Shown: piece by piece, positions 9,673 through 20,023 of the stretch
How positions within the stretch are numbered: position 1 is the stretch's first letter
How the letters are laid out: each line of letters opens with the position of its first letter
DNA from: Candidatus Latescibacterota bacterium
Lineage (GTDB): Bacteria; Latescibacterota; UBA2968; GCA-2709665
Length of the DNA: 64,000 nt
Assembly: GCA_965248435.1 (NCBI GenBank)
Contig: OZ252100.1
Location: forward strand, 4,480,001 to 4,544,000
Direction of reading: 5' to 3'
Position numbers and translations under genes: made by a program
Notes under the pieces: model-generated
The model's input: the letters and a program-made list of their open reading frames with translations, nothing else
Databases searched by the model: none
Told to the model about the DNA's origin: nothing

Positions 9673-12600
9673 TTGACGATCGCCGCCTTTACGAATCGGA
9701 TTTCGGAACGTCCTTCAGAAATGGCCTCGACCCGGCAGATGTAGAGACCGCTCGCGTAGTCGGTCGTGTCCCAGCCTATTTCGTTCTCGGTCATGGGTAC
9801 CGGATCTTCAAGGGAGAGGCGATCGACAACCTCTCCGATCGCGTTGATCACGATGACTCTGATCCGGGCGTGGTCGGAAAGGAAGAAACGAAGTCGGGCT
9901 GAATCTCCCCGGATGGGGTTGGGATAACAGTAGACCCGCCCGCTCGGAAGCAGCGCGCCGGCAGGCTCACCCTGCTGGAAACCGCCAGACAGATTCAGAT
10001 GGCCCGTGTTGCGCGGATTGCCGCCAGACTCTCCCCACACGACGCCGGTGCCCGTAAACCCGGGGTCGATCTCCTCCAGGTGATAGAGGTGCATCCAGCC
10101 GTTGTCGGTGAAGAAGAGAAGCTCCAGACTCCCATCCGCATCCAGATCGTCTACGAGGGGAGAGGTGCGGATTTGACCCCCGACGGAGATTGGAAATCCA
10201 GTCAAGTGTGCTCCGGCAGCGCTCAGACCATAGAGGAGCCCGCCCCTTGAACCGGCGAAGATTTCGGGCAAGGCATCGCCATCGAGGTCTGCGAGCACAG
10301 GCGGCGCTTCGATGGCGCCGGTGTCATCCTTCAAAGGAAAGGCCAGCGGCGTATCGGTCTGCAGGATGCCGTTGAAACGAACGGCCCAAAGCCGAGAAGA
10401 TCCACCGAAGAGGACCTCGACGAAGCCGTCCCCGTCCAGATCGCCCAGGACCGGCGGTGATTTCGCACCCCCTTCTACCGGAAGACTTAGCCTCGGATTC
10501 GCTCCCACCTGCTGTAACGATACCACACCTCGAGATGAGACGGCAACAATCTCGTCCAATCCATCTCCGTCCAGATCGGAGACGACCGGGGCCCCTAACG
10601 GTCTTTCTTCGAACCTCGCAAGTTCATTCCATTCGGCTGTGTTTTGAATGATGAAGAGCCGGCCGGTTTCTGTCACTGCGACAAGCTCATTGCCGGTGTC
10701 GGGTGAGACATTGCCAACCGAAAGGCTTACGATCGGCTCCGAAACAAGCGCCACCTCGCCGCGTTCCCCGGCATATTCCCCCCACACGACCCTTCCGTCT
10801 GACCATCCCCAGACGTCGACAAGCTCACTCCCCGGGAAGGCGGCAATGACGGGAGACGCGGAGAGGACTGCGCCGCCTGTGTAGGGGGTTGTCACAAACC
10901 GATCGTTCGCCCAGAGCGCTGGATTGTCACCGTCCGCGAAGATGAATTCATCGGCCCCTCCGTCACCGGGGAAAAGATCTCCCACCGCCGGCGTTCGGAA
11001 GGAGGAGAAGCCGAAGGTCTGAACTGGGTCGCCCGTAACACTCCAGGCGCTGGAACGATTGCTCCGACTGCGACCTCTGACGATCTCCTTGGCCCCGTCT
11101 CCATCCAGGTCGAGGACTCGAGGTGCCCGCAAACCGCCCATTTCAAGGCCCGTGACGGGCCATCGGTCCTGCTGTCGGCCGAAGGTGACCGCCACGGTCA
11201 TGGTGTCACCCGGCGGGCTGAGGATTTCGATCGTGATTCCCGTTGGGTAGCTCAGGTTGCTGTTCGTGTTGGGCGTCGTATCCGGACCGAAACGTAGTGC
11301 GTTTCCCACAAAAAAGGGGTCTTGCGCGCCGCCTTCGATGGTGCTGAAAGAGATCAGGCCCCCTGCGAAGAGACGGCTGGAGGAGACGTTGCCGATGTCT
11401 TCGAGGCCGTCTGCCTCTTCCAGCGAGATTCCCCTTCGGAATTGGAACGGTGCGATCCGATAGTCCGGGTTGCTGTTGAACGGCCTGTCCGGGCCGCTGT
11501 TTCTGATCACGGCATCGTCCACGTGCCAGACCAACAGCCCCGAGCCTGGGATAAAGGCGTCATAATCGTCTACCGAGAGCCAGACTCCGTCCGTTCCACC
11601 CGAAAACCGGATCTGCGGAACCCGGCCATCCAAGGCCAACCGGGAGACGCGGTTTTCAAGCAGAAAGTACTCGTCGGCACTGATCGGCACGATGACTGCC
11701 TCGGGCAGGCTGGATGTGACGTGGGGCGCGACGATGTGAGCGATGTCGCTCTTTGTGACCACTTCGGGCGTGAGCCAGCCGAGCCGGATGCGGGACCACG
11801 CAAGCATCCGGGTGGGCACAAACCCGATGAGCAAGGAATCGGATGGCTCGCCGGTCAAATTCTCCAGGCCGAGTTGGGCGGCCGAAGCGACGTTGTTGGC
11901 CCCGGAGTCCATGAGGCTCCAATCCCCGACGGCAGGGAGATCCGCTTCGAAGTTGGAGAGACCCGGCAGACCCAACTGGTTCGCGAAAAAGCGCGCCAGG
12001 GTGCCGTTCAGGCCTCCACGTCCATCGGCGCTGACGGCTTCCGGGAGGAGCATGCCCTCGGTGACACTCCGCGTAGAATTGTTTACCGGGATGGGGCCGT
12101 CGGCAAACTGATCCAGGTCCCTCGCGCTGATGAACGCAGAGGGGATATCATTTAGGGCGTTCCCGGCTTCGCCGCCGAGTCCCGCGTGGAAGACGACAAA
12201 GGCCCGGAACCTCGAAAAATCGATCGCGTCCCCTTCCGCGGCATCGGCCGCCTGAATGGCGTCGCGGAAGAGTTGCGTGATCCGTTCATCTATCTCCTGG
12301 AGGGTGCGCCCGTTGCCATATTCCTTCAGGGGTTTTTCGAGCAGATAGCTTTCCCGGTTTTCAAGCGGGTAGACCTCGTGCTCGATCCGAACGTTTCCCT
12401 CGGAGATGTCGGCGTAGTAGTTCGCCAACGCCGTCAGATGATTTTCGAAGTAGCCCCGGTCGTGTGGCGGGATATCATACGGAAAACGGTAGCCTTCTCT
12501 GGCTTCCTCAAGGCTCCGGAGGTCAAAAGTGCCGTCCCCGCTCGTGGTTCCCTCGTCAGGATCTTCCACGGGGAACGATACGCGCACGGCCAGGATACGC

Positions 12601-12674
12601 CAGGTCTCCTGTGCTTCTGACAGAGTCGTGCATCCGAGGATCATGCTCAGGCCAACCAGGAGACTCCTGTACAT
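9669..12674 (-). CDS. M6 (immune inhibitor A)-like domain, FG-GAP repeats and T9SS type A C-terminal sorting domain
   Basis: ILAVRVSFP, FHAG, WSLMDSG, EYFLLENR, GLLVWHVDD; DLDGDG repeats; YCYPNP...WD...ASGLYI...K tail. Confidence 0.85.
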   Translation of the reverse strand: MYRSLLVGLSMILGCTTLSEAQETWRILAVRVSFPVEDPDEGTTSGDGTFDLRSLEEAREGYRFPYDIPPHDRGYFENHLTALANYYADISEGNVRIEHEVYPLENRESYLLEKPLKEYGNGRTLQEIDERITQLFRDAIQAADAAEGDAIDFSRFRAFVVFHAGLGGEAGNALNDIPSAFISARDLDQFADGPIPVNNSTRSVTEGMLLPEAVSADGRGGLNGTLARFFANQLGLPGLSNFEADLPAVGDWSLMDSGANNVASAAQLGLENLTGEPSDSLLIGFVPTRMLAWSRIRLGWLTPEVVTKSDIAHIVAPHVTSSLPEAVIVPISADEYFLLENRVSRLALDGRVPQIRFSGGTDGVWLSVDDYDAFIPGSGLLVWHVDDAVIRNSGPDRPFNSNPDYRIAPFQFRRGISLEEADGLEDIGNVSSSRLFAGGLISFSTIEGGAQDPFFVGNALRFGPDTTPNTNSNLSYPTGITIEILSPPGDTMTVAVTFGRQQDRWPVTGLEMGGLRAPRVLDLDGDGAKEIVRGRSRSNRSSAWSVTGDPVQTFGFSSFRTPAVGDLFPGDGGADEFIFADGDNPALWANDRFVTTPYTGGAVLSASPVIAAFPGSELVDVWGWSDGRVVWGEYAGERGEVALVSEPIVSLSVGNVSPDTGNELVAVTETGRLFIIQNTAEWNELARFEERPLGAPVVSDLDGDGLDEIVAVSSRGVVSLQQVGANPRLSLPVEGGAKSPPVLGDLDGDGFVEVLFGGSSRLWAVRFNGILQTDTPLAFPLKDDTGAIEAPPVLADLDGDALPEIFAGSRGGLLYGLSAAGAHLTGFPISVGGQIRTSPLVDDLDADGSLELLFFTDNGWMHLYHLEEIDPGFTGTGVVWGESGGNPRNTGHLNLSGGFQQGEPAGALLPSGRVYCYPNPIRGDSARLRFFLSDHARIRVIVINAIGEVVDRLSLEDPVPMTENEIGWDTTDYASGLYICRVEAISEGRSEIRFVKAAIVK

Positions 12675-12860
12675 AAGAGGGACCGCAAGATGAGGGACAA
12701 AGGTTTCCCGGTCTTGCGGTCCGCTATCTATTCTTTGCAGTGCCCGCCTCAACCCCACGCTTCCTCGCGGTTCCCGTTTATATGCCAGTTGGTTACTGAG
12801 ATTGGATGGCGCCGATCCGAAACAGGCTTCGGTCGGCGTAGGGAGTCGCCGTTTAGCCCT

Positions 12861-13901
12861 CTAGATGGAAAATCCTCCTGTAAAGCGGAAGACGTTCCTC
12901 AGCGGGGAGTCTCCCCTGTTTGCGAAATAGGAGAGATCGAACGTGGCCCAATTGTACTTTAATCCGAGACCGAACGTGGGGGTTTTTCGATTCCCGTCAT
13001 AGTCGTAGAAGTAACCCGTCCTGAGCGCGAAGGCCGAGCCCTCAGTAAGGTCATATTGCCACTCCAGACCGGCCTTATAGTCGATATCCTTGAACTCCTC
13101 TTCTGCCGGACTGTCGGACCATCCTGTGATGAAGGAGGAGAACCCTTCATCTGCAAGGGGCTTGTAGATGTCGGTCGTAATGAGTACCGTAGAATTCCCG
13201 CCTCGGTAGATTTTGTTCGCAAATCCGAAGGTAAAGCTTTGTGGAAGCGGATCTGCCTGATCTGCGTCGATGAAGGTGATGTTCGGACCCACGTTTCGCA
13301 ACGCCCACGCAAGCGTGAATCGGTCTGTGGGCTTCCACATAAAACCGAGGTCTCCGCCGAAAGAGGTGCCGTGCCCCTTGCCCTGTTCCTGACCGACCTG
13401 CACGCCTCCCGCGAGGTCTTCGTAGATGAATTTCACGGTCACACCGATAGACATCGTCTTTGTGACGTAGGTCCCGTAGGAAAGCCCCAGGGCCAGTCCA
13501 TAACTGGAAAAGGTTCCCAAAGCGACATTTTGCTCGCTTCTGGCTTCCTGCTTACCTTCCGAGGCGTATATGATGCTGAAGCCCAGGTTACCCAGGCCTT
13601 CAAACGAATGCGTGTAGGCTCCGAACGAAGAAAAGATGTCATTCGCCAGCGTGGGGATCGGTTTGTAGAAGGTGGTGCTGAGATTACCACCGGTGTCGTC
13701 TGCCAATCCTGCCGGGTTGTAGTAGGTCGCGTTGGCATCGTCCGCGATGGCGACGTAGGCCTCTCCCAATCCTGCGGAGCGAGCGCTCGGCTGGAATAGG
13801 AGAAACTTGGCGACTGCCCTGTCTTCCGTGGCCGCCCATGCTGCGCCATAGCCACTCAGACTGAATCCGCAGAGACATAACAGGATAACGAACTTCCTCA
13901 T
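12861..13901 (-). CDS. porV: PorV/PorQ-family outer-membrane protein (type IX secretion)
   Basis: FLLFQPSARSAGLGEAYVAIADDANATYYNPAGL, ALRTGYFYD, SPLRNVFRF; RBS AGGAG before ATG 13901. Confidence 0.85.
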   Translation of the reverse strand: MRKFVILLCLCGFSLSGYGAAWAATEDRAVAKFLLFQPSARSAGLGEAYVAIADDANATYYNPAGLADDTGGNLSTTFYKPIPTLANDIFSSFGAYTHSFEGLGNLGFSIIYASEGKQEARSEQNVALGTFSSYGLALGLSYGTYVTKTMSIGVTVKFIYEDLAGGVQVGQEQGKGHGTSFGGDLGFMWKPTDRFTLAWALRNVGPNITFIDADQADPLPQSFTFGFANKIYRGGNSTVLITTDIYKPLADEGFSSFITGWSDSPAEEEFKDIDYKAGLEWQYDLTEGSAFALRTGYFYDYDGNRKTPTFGLGLKYNWATFDLSYFANRGDSPLRNVFRFTGGFSI

Positions 13902-14267
13902 CTCGAAACTCCTTTTTCTGTTCCTTGATATTGTGATCAGTCCTTCTCCCGAGTGGTTACCGAAACCTGAAAAAAACCGGGATGTGGATTTCCCCAACCC
14001 GGCGATTCAAACTCTCCTCATAAGCCTACCTCTTGCACAAAAGGTCTGGGTTCGGATTCCCACCTCGCACACCTGCATCGCGAGTAGAATTTACAGCACT
14101 GAATCTGTCTGAAATGCAAACCAAACCTTAGGGCGTGTACCGATAGACTCTCCTTAAGCCAGAATGATATCAAGGAAAAAGATCTTGTCTGACTCGCAAC
14201 CCTTGACTATTTTCTTCTAAGCCGTGTCACAGTTTAGACTGATTTTTTGCGATGAAAGAGGTGAACC

Positions 14268-14531
14268 ATGATTGATAAGGAGTTGCTGGATATCCTGGCC
14301 TGTCCGGAGAATAAGACTCCTGTTTCGATGGCCGATCAGACGCTTGTGGAAGAGATCAACCGGCGTATCGAGAAAGGTGAGCTCAAGAACAGGGGCGGCA
14401 GCCAAGTGGAAAAGAAGATCGACGGAGGTCTGGTGCGTGAAGATGGGGCCTTTCTCTACCGTATTGAGGACGGCATCCCGATTATGCTGATCGAGGAGGC
14501 GATCCCATTGGGAGAGATAAAGCTCGACTGA
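14268..14531 (+). CDS. Trm112-family protein
   Basis: LLDILACPENK...YRIEDGIPIMLIEEA. Confidence 0.9.
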   Translation: MIDKELLDILACPENKTPVSMADQTLVEEINRRIEKGELKNRGGSQVEKKIDGGLVREDGAFLYRIEDGIPIMLIEEAIPLGEIKLD

Positions 14532-14959
14532 TCGTCTTCTAATCCGGAAATCGCGTTACGGCTCTCATTCACTATAAGATCGGCAGGAAAAGTTTTCAGT
14601 CAAGCGAAGAATTTACCGAAATGCCGGACTTTGTGTCAAGTCCTTTTCTGCTCGTATGCTGATTAATATTAAGCAATTACTCAATCTTAGAGAATTCCAA
14701 AATCCTCGCCGCGGTGTGTAGACGCCCAAATCCCCCCCTGGTTCCCGAGTTTATTTTCCAGTCCCAGTTCCTCGACAAACTACCGCAGGGCCCGCCTGCC
14801 TCGCAGGAATCGGTCGCTCTCCAGACCCTGTGTCCCGAGCCTTTTCGTGCCTTTCCTCAGGAGTTATCTCATTATTATTGAAAGCAATATGGATGCCAGG
14901 CCGATAAAAGCTAGGGATTCACGTCCGGGGACCCCTTGCGGCCCTTGATCGGGGGGGCC

Positions 14960-16588
14960 ATGTTGCGATGTTTGTGTGCGGCCGTCATCGGAAGTCTGGG
15001 TGTTGTCATCGCCAGCTGTTCGGAACGGCCGGCCGAAGAAGCGGACTCCCCACAAATTTCGAGAGGTGTCTCGGATCTTCCTTCCGGTCATGTCGCCTGG
15101 CAGACGTGGTCAGAGCGGGATTCAGCGCGGCTTTCCGGCCGCCCGATCCTCCTCTTCCTGTATACGCGTCGCTCTTTCTGGTGCCGAGAAATCATCAGGC
15201 ACTGCTTCAGTGACCCCGAGGTTGCGCGGGAGATCCGTCACAGCACGATTCCCGTTCGTGTCGACGTCGACCGCCGCCCGGATCTGGCTGAACGATACGG
15301 CATGGGCGCGTGGCCGTCCGTCGTGTTCCTTTCCCCCGAGACCGAGTGGATCACCGGAAGCACATTTTTGGATCCGGAGGACCTCGTGAGACTGGTTCGA
15401 CGGATTCGTGTCTTTTTCGACCACCCCGATCGGCTCGAGGATCTGGATCGTGCCCGTCGCCTTCTGGAGGAGCGATCGGCACGTAGATTTCGGGATCGGG
15501 ACCGTTCAGCAGTCGAGCTGACACTTGAGGTGATGCTGCAGATGGCAGACAGCATTCGGGCGGCATCGGTCCGGGGCGAGGATCCTGGACCCGAAGCGCT
15601 CAGATTGCTTCTGAGTCTCGGGGAATCTCGGGGAGATTCGGCACTGAAGCGAGATGCCATTCTCGCCCTGGACCGCATTATTTCGGGTCGACTCAAAGAT
15701 TCGGATGGCGGCTTCTTTCTGGCGGAGTTGACCCCCGACGGCGTGCTCGTAGACAGGGAGAAACACCTGCTTCGGAATGCAGGTCTGCTTTCCGTTCTGG
15801 CAGCCGTGTCGGAACAGACGGAGGAGGCTCGCTTTCTGGAGGCGGCCAGGGGACTCGCGGACTTCCTCCTGGGTGGGTTCTACGACGCGACGGAGTCACA
15901 GTTTGTTGCCGGGTATGCTGGATTCTATGAACACGGTGTGCCGGAGCAATCCGGTGTTGTCACCCGGCTTCTGGGTGAGCAGACGCCACCCATCCCCGAT
16001 TTGTCATATTACACCGGTTGGAACGCCGGGACGGTTTCGGCCCTGCTGGAATTCTACCACTTGGACGAGGGAGATCGGCTCCTGGAGGTCTGTCGCGAGG
16101 TGATGAGCCGAATTCGTGTCCGCGCTGAACTTCCGGGCGGGGGGCTGAGACATACCGATCGCGGTTCGGCCGAGGGACCGCTGTTTCTTGAGGATCATGC
16201 ACTTGCAGCGAGGGCCTGGCTCGACCTCTACGAGATCGATGCCCGTCCGAGTGACCTTCGCACCGCCCGTGATCTCGTGGACTTCATGTTGGAGAATTTT
16301 GGACATCCCTCCGGGGCATTACACGACCGATCGCCAGAACCTGGGAGACCCCACTTTTCCGCGTTCGATCGCCTGATGCCGTCTGGGAACGGCGTGGCGG
16401 CACAGGTTCTGATCCGTCTGTATCGGCTGACCGGACACTCGCCTTACCTGGAGGCGGCCGAAGGGATTCTCACGGCCCTGATCGGCCCTAATCTTGACCG
16501 AGCGGCAAACATGGGAGCCCTTGGAAGGGGACTGTTTGACTACCTCCACGCCTCGGCCATACAAAAGACACAGAGCGAGCCAGAGTGA
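14960..16588 (+). CDS. DUF255/YyaL (SPATA20-like) thioredoxin-domain protein, probable lipoprotein
   Basis: WC..., VDVDRRPDL..RY...WPS.VFL, FLEDHA, PSGNGVAA; lipobox IASC. Confidence 0.85.
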   Translation: MLRCLCAAVIGSLGVVIASCSERPAEEADSPQISRGVSDLPSGHVAWQTWSERDSARLSGRPILLFLYTRRSFWCREIIRHCFSDPEVAREIRHSTIPVRVDVDRRPDLAERYGMGAWPSVVFLSPETEWITGSTFLDPEDLVRLVRRIRVFFDHPDRLEDLDRARRLLEERSARRFRDRDRSAVELTLEVMLQMADSIRAASVRGEDPGPEALRLLLSLGESRGDSALKRDAILALDRIISGRLKDSDGGFFLAELTPDGVLVDREKHLLRNAGLLSVLAAVSEQTEEARFLEAARGLADFLLGGFYDATESQFVAGYAGFYEHGVPEQSGVVTRLLGEQTPPIPDLSYYTGWNAGTVSALLEFYHLDEGDRLLEVCREVMSRIRVRAELPGGGLRHTDRGSAEGPLFLEDHALAARAWLDLYEIDARPSDLRTARDLVDFMLENFGHPSGALHDRSPEPGRPHFSAFDRLMPSGNGVAAQVLIRLYRLTGHSPYLEAAEGILTALIGPNLDRAANMGALGRGLFDYLHASAIQKTQSEPE

Positions 16589-17511
16589 CCCCTCCTGCTG
16601 AAACCGTTGTCGTTGTCGGGGCGTCGGGACTCCTGGGGCGCGCCCTTTGCAGTGTGGAGGACTCTGGGCTGCGGTTTATCCCGACCGTTCGAGCCCCAGA
16701 CGGACCGTTCACTCCAGAGGATTCCGTGAGGTTGGATATCACAGAGTCGAAACGTGTAGAGGAGGTTATCGGTGAGATCCGTCCGCGATGGGTGATCAAC
16801 ACCGCGGCCAAGACCAGCGTCGATGGATGCGAGAGGGATCCTGCAGATGCCCGAAGCGTCAATGTAAAAGGAACGCACAATCTCGCGGAGGCGTGCGATC
16901 GCGTCGGCAGTGGATTGATCTTCATTTCGACCAATTATGTGTTCGATGGATCAAGCGGACCCTACGCAGAAGAGGATACACAGAATCCACTGAACGTATA
17001 CGGTCAGACGAAGCTGGAGGGAGAGCGAGCGGTGCTGGACGCGGGTTGTCCGGGCATTGTCGTTCGGACGGCGGTCCTTTATGGCTATGATCCGAACAGT
17101 CGGCCCAACTTCGTGACCTGGGTGGCGGGCTCGGTCGCGGACAGGAAGCGGATTCGGGTGGTGACGGATGAGTGGGCCAATCCGACCTATGTCGATGAGC
17201 TGGCCGCCTTTGTGATCGGTCTGTGCCAGGATGATTTCCTGGGCGTGGTCCATTTTTGCGGCCGAGACTTCCTCTCGCGTTACGAGATGGCATCTGAGAT
17301 CTGCTCCTGCTTCCACCTGGATTTCGAGCTGGTATCGCCTACTACGTCTGCCGAACTGGCTCAAGCCGCGAGGCGTCCGCTGCGCGCGGGACTCAAGATC
17401 GATCGCGCGTCAGAAATCTTCGATGGGCGGATTGCCTCCTTTAAGGAAAACCTTGAGCGTGTCGCCAAGCAGGTCGGCGATCCTTCAGAATTGTCCGGGC
17501 AGGGCCAATGA
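16585..17511 (+). CDS. rmlD: dTDP-4-dehydrorhamnose reductase (SDR)
   Basis: GASGLLG, ISTNYVFDG, PLNVYGQTKLEGE. Confidence 0.85.
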   Translation: MTPPAETVVVVGASGLLGRALCSVEDSGLRFIPTVRAPDGPFTPEDSVRLDITESKRVEEVIGEIRPRWVINTAAKTSVDGCERDPADARSVNVKGTHNLAEACDRVGSGLIFISTNYVFDGSSGPYAEEDTQNPLNVYGQTKLEGERAVLDAGCPGIVVRTAVLYGYDPNSRPNFVTWVAGSVADRKRIRVVTDEWANPTYVDELAAFVIGLCQDDFLGVVHFCGRDFLSRYEMASEICSCFHLDFELVSPTTSAELAQAARRPLRAGLKIDRASEIFDGRIASFKENLERVAKQVGDPSELSGQGQ

Positions 17512-18233
17512 ACATGAATGAGATGATGAGCGTATCCCTGATTACGCCCACCTTCAACGAACGGGAGAATATCCCCATCCTTGCCCAGGAGATCTTTTCT
17601 GCGGTTCGGGAATTTTCAGATATCGATCTGGAGTTGATCGTCGTGGACGACAATTCGCCTGACGGTACCGGCGAGATTGCCGAAGGCCTGCGAGGACAAT
17701 ATCCGATTCGTGTGGTGCACAGGCCGGGCAAACAGGGGCTTGGGAGCGCCGTCATGGAGGGTTTTGGACTATCTGATCGGCCCTATCTGGGAGTGATTGA
17801 TGCCGATCTTAGCCACGACCCCTCGCTCATCCCCCGGCTGATTCTGGGGCTGAGGGAGTTTGATCTCACGATTGGCAGCCGCTACGACCCCAGCAGCACG
17901 GTAGAAAAGTGGCCATGGTATCGCAAATGCATATCCAACGTGGGTGTTTTTCTTGCCCGGCAGCTGACGGGTGTCATGGATCCGTTGAGCGGATATTTCT
18001 TCCTTCACCGGCACGTCGTCGATCATTTTACCCTGACTTCCCCGGGTTACAAGATTCTGCTCGAGATCCTGGTCAAGGGGACCTATAACGGGTTCCTGGA
18101 AGTGCCTTTTGTCTTTCGAGATCGTCAGTTCAGCAGCAGTAAGCTAAACCCGAAAGAATACTATCTATTCATGAAACAGATCGTTCTCTTTTCCATCGAA
18201 AAGATGACGCGGAGGAAGCGGAGCAGGCCATGA
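17508..18233 (+). CDS. GT2 polyprenol-phosphate mannosyltransferase
   Basis: PTFNERENI, VDDNSPDGT, DADLSH, GSRY, DPLSGYF. Confidence 0.9.
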   Translation: MNMNEMMSVSLITPTFNERENIPILAQEIFSAVREFSDIDLELIVVDDNSPDGTGEIAEGLRGQYPIRVVHRPGKQGLGSAVMEGFGLSDRPYLGVIDADLSHDPSLIPRLILGLREFDLTIGSRYDPSSTVEKWPWYRKCISNVGVFLARQLTGVMDPLSGYFFLHRHVVDHFTLTSPGYKILLEILVKGTYNGFLEVPFVFRDRQFSSSKLNPKEYYLFMKQIVLFSIEKMTRRKRSRP

Positions 18234-18252
18234 ACGGGCGTGGGTTTTGTGC

Positions 18253-18281
18253 TTGACTTGCGCGGGGGTGAAGGGTATGTT
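18253..18281 (+). promoter_or_regulatory. Sigma70-type promoter for ctpA
   Basis: TTGACT-17-TATGTT. Confidence 0.55.
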
Positions 18282-18324
18282 AAGCTCTCTATTTTACAGA
18301 ATATACAGACAATTAAGAGGAACT

Positions 18325-19977
18325 ATGAAGTCGGCCCTCACGCGCAGCGTCGTCTGCACAATCGTTGGTCTCCTCACGCTCTTCACTGCCGATCCAGGTA
18401 GCTCAGAAGGTCGTAAAAAGCTCGGTACCTACGAGCAGGCGCGGACGCTCGGGGAGCTCGCGGAACTGGTCCGGCGTTATTACTACGAGAGGACGGATCC
18501 GGTCGAACTCTATCACGGAGCGATTGAGGGCTATCTGTCGGCACTGGATCCGCACACCACTTACATCACGCCAGAAGAGCTGAAAGAAACCCAGGAGAAA
18601 CTGCAGGGCTCATTCGAAGGCATCGGAATCTATTTCGATATTATCGATCGTTTTCTGACGGTGCTGTCCCCGATCGAGGGGTCTCCAGCCTACCAGGTAG
18701 GTCTTCAGCCTGGTGACCGGATCGTGAAGATCGACGGTCGGTCTTCGATCGGAATCAAGGTCTCAGAGGTCACGGATAAACTGAAGGGTCCCAAAGGGAG
18801 CCGCGTAAATGTCAGCGTGCGGAGAGAAGGGTGGGACGATCTGCTCGAATTCGAAATCGTTCGAGATAAGATCGAAGTCCCGAGCGTGCCCAACGCCTTT
18901 ATGCTGACGCCCGAGACTGCGTATGTAAAGATCAGTCGATTTTCGAGTCATACGAACCGGGAGCTGCAAGATGCATTGAAGAAACTGAGGCACAGTGGAT
19001 TCAGAAGACTGATTCTGGATCTTCGGGAAAACGGCGGCGGGTACCTGGAACAGGCGGTGGAGGTTGCAGACCAGTTCATTGAATGGGGACGGCTCCTGGT
19101 CTATACCGAGGGGAGGTTTTCAAACTCCCGAGAAGATCACTTTGCCGAGGAGGACCCGGGTATCGGTCCCGATGTCCCAATTCTGGTATTGGTGAACAGC
19201 TACAGTGCGAGTGCTTCGGAAATCGTGGCCGGGGCGATCCAGGACTACGATCGGGGACTGGTGATTGGCCATACCACGTTCGGGAAGGGCCTGGTTCAAA
19301 AACAGTACCACCTCAAGAATGGCGGGGCGGTGCTGCTGACGGTTGCACGCTACTTCACCCCGAGCGATCGGCCTATTCAGAGGCCTTTTTCAGAGGACCA
19401 TGATTCGTACGTAGAAGAGGCGCGGGACGACTATGACCCGAACGCCGATCCGGACAGTGTGGCCGCTAAGCCGATTTATTATACGCGGATTCTCCACAGA
19501 AAGGTTTACGGCAATGGTGGCATCACGCCGGACATAACGCTCCGTCGAGACAGCCTTTCCATTTTCGAGCGCCGTCTAAGCCGTTCCCACCTGTTCGAAT
19601 TCGCGACGCGCCACGCTCCGGACATCATAGACGACTATTCCGACTTCGAAACCTTTGCCTCCAAGTACAAGCCCGGGCGGCGAGAACTCTCTTCCTTCAA
19701 GAATTTTCTACGCGAGCGCGAGTTTGAATTCACAGACCGCGAATTCAGAAGCAATCTGAATTTTATCAAGCAGCGGATCAAACAGCAGATTTCGCAGGTC
19801 GGGTGGGGCCGCCGCGCGGCCGGTAGACTCTACGTGCAGAACGATCCGGAGATTGTCCAGGCGTTGTCTTATCTTGATGATGCAGAAGCACTCCTCGCCT
19901 CCCGGATCAACCGCACCGGCCGAGGACGGACGCAATATTCATCTCCGGCGACGCCGAGTCAGCCCCCGATACGCTGA
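18325..19977 (+). CDS. ctpA: C-terminal processing protease (S41A) with PDZ domain
   Basis: LDPHT, GIGI, LILDLRENGGG, SASASEIVAGAIQD, FGKGLVQ, GGITPD. Confidence 0.95.
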   Translation: MKSALTRSVVCTIVGLLTLFTADPGSSEGRKKLGTYEQARTLGELAELVRRYYYERTDPVELYHGAIEGYLSALDPHTTYITPEELKETQEKLQGSFEGIGIYFDIIDRFLTVLSPIEGSPAYQVGLQPGDRIVKIDGRSSIGIKVSEVTDKLKGPKGSRVNVSVRREGWDDLLEFEIVRDKIEVPSVPNAFMLTPETAYVKISRFSSHTNRELQDALKKLRHSGFRRLILDLRENGGGYLEQAVEVADQFIEWGRLLVYTEGRFSNSREDHFAEEDPGIGPDVPILVLVNSYSASASEIVAGAIQDYDRGLVIGHTTFGKGLVQKQYHLKNGGAVLLTVARYFTPSDRPIQRPFSEDHDSYVEEARDDYDPNADPDSVAAKPIYYTRILHRKVYGNGGITPDITLRRDSLSIFERRLSRSHLFEFATRHAPDIIDDYSDFETFASKYKPGRRELSSFKNFLREREFEFTDREFRSNLNFIKQRIKQQISQVGWGRRAAGRLYVQNDPEIVQALSYLDDAEALLASRINRTGRGRTQYSSPATPSQPPIR

Positions 19978-20023
19978 GGGGCGCAGTCAAGGGTTCCAAA
20001 TTACAGAAGGATGGAGCGGCCCC

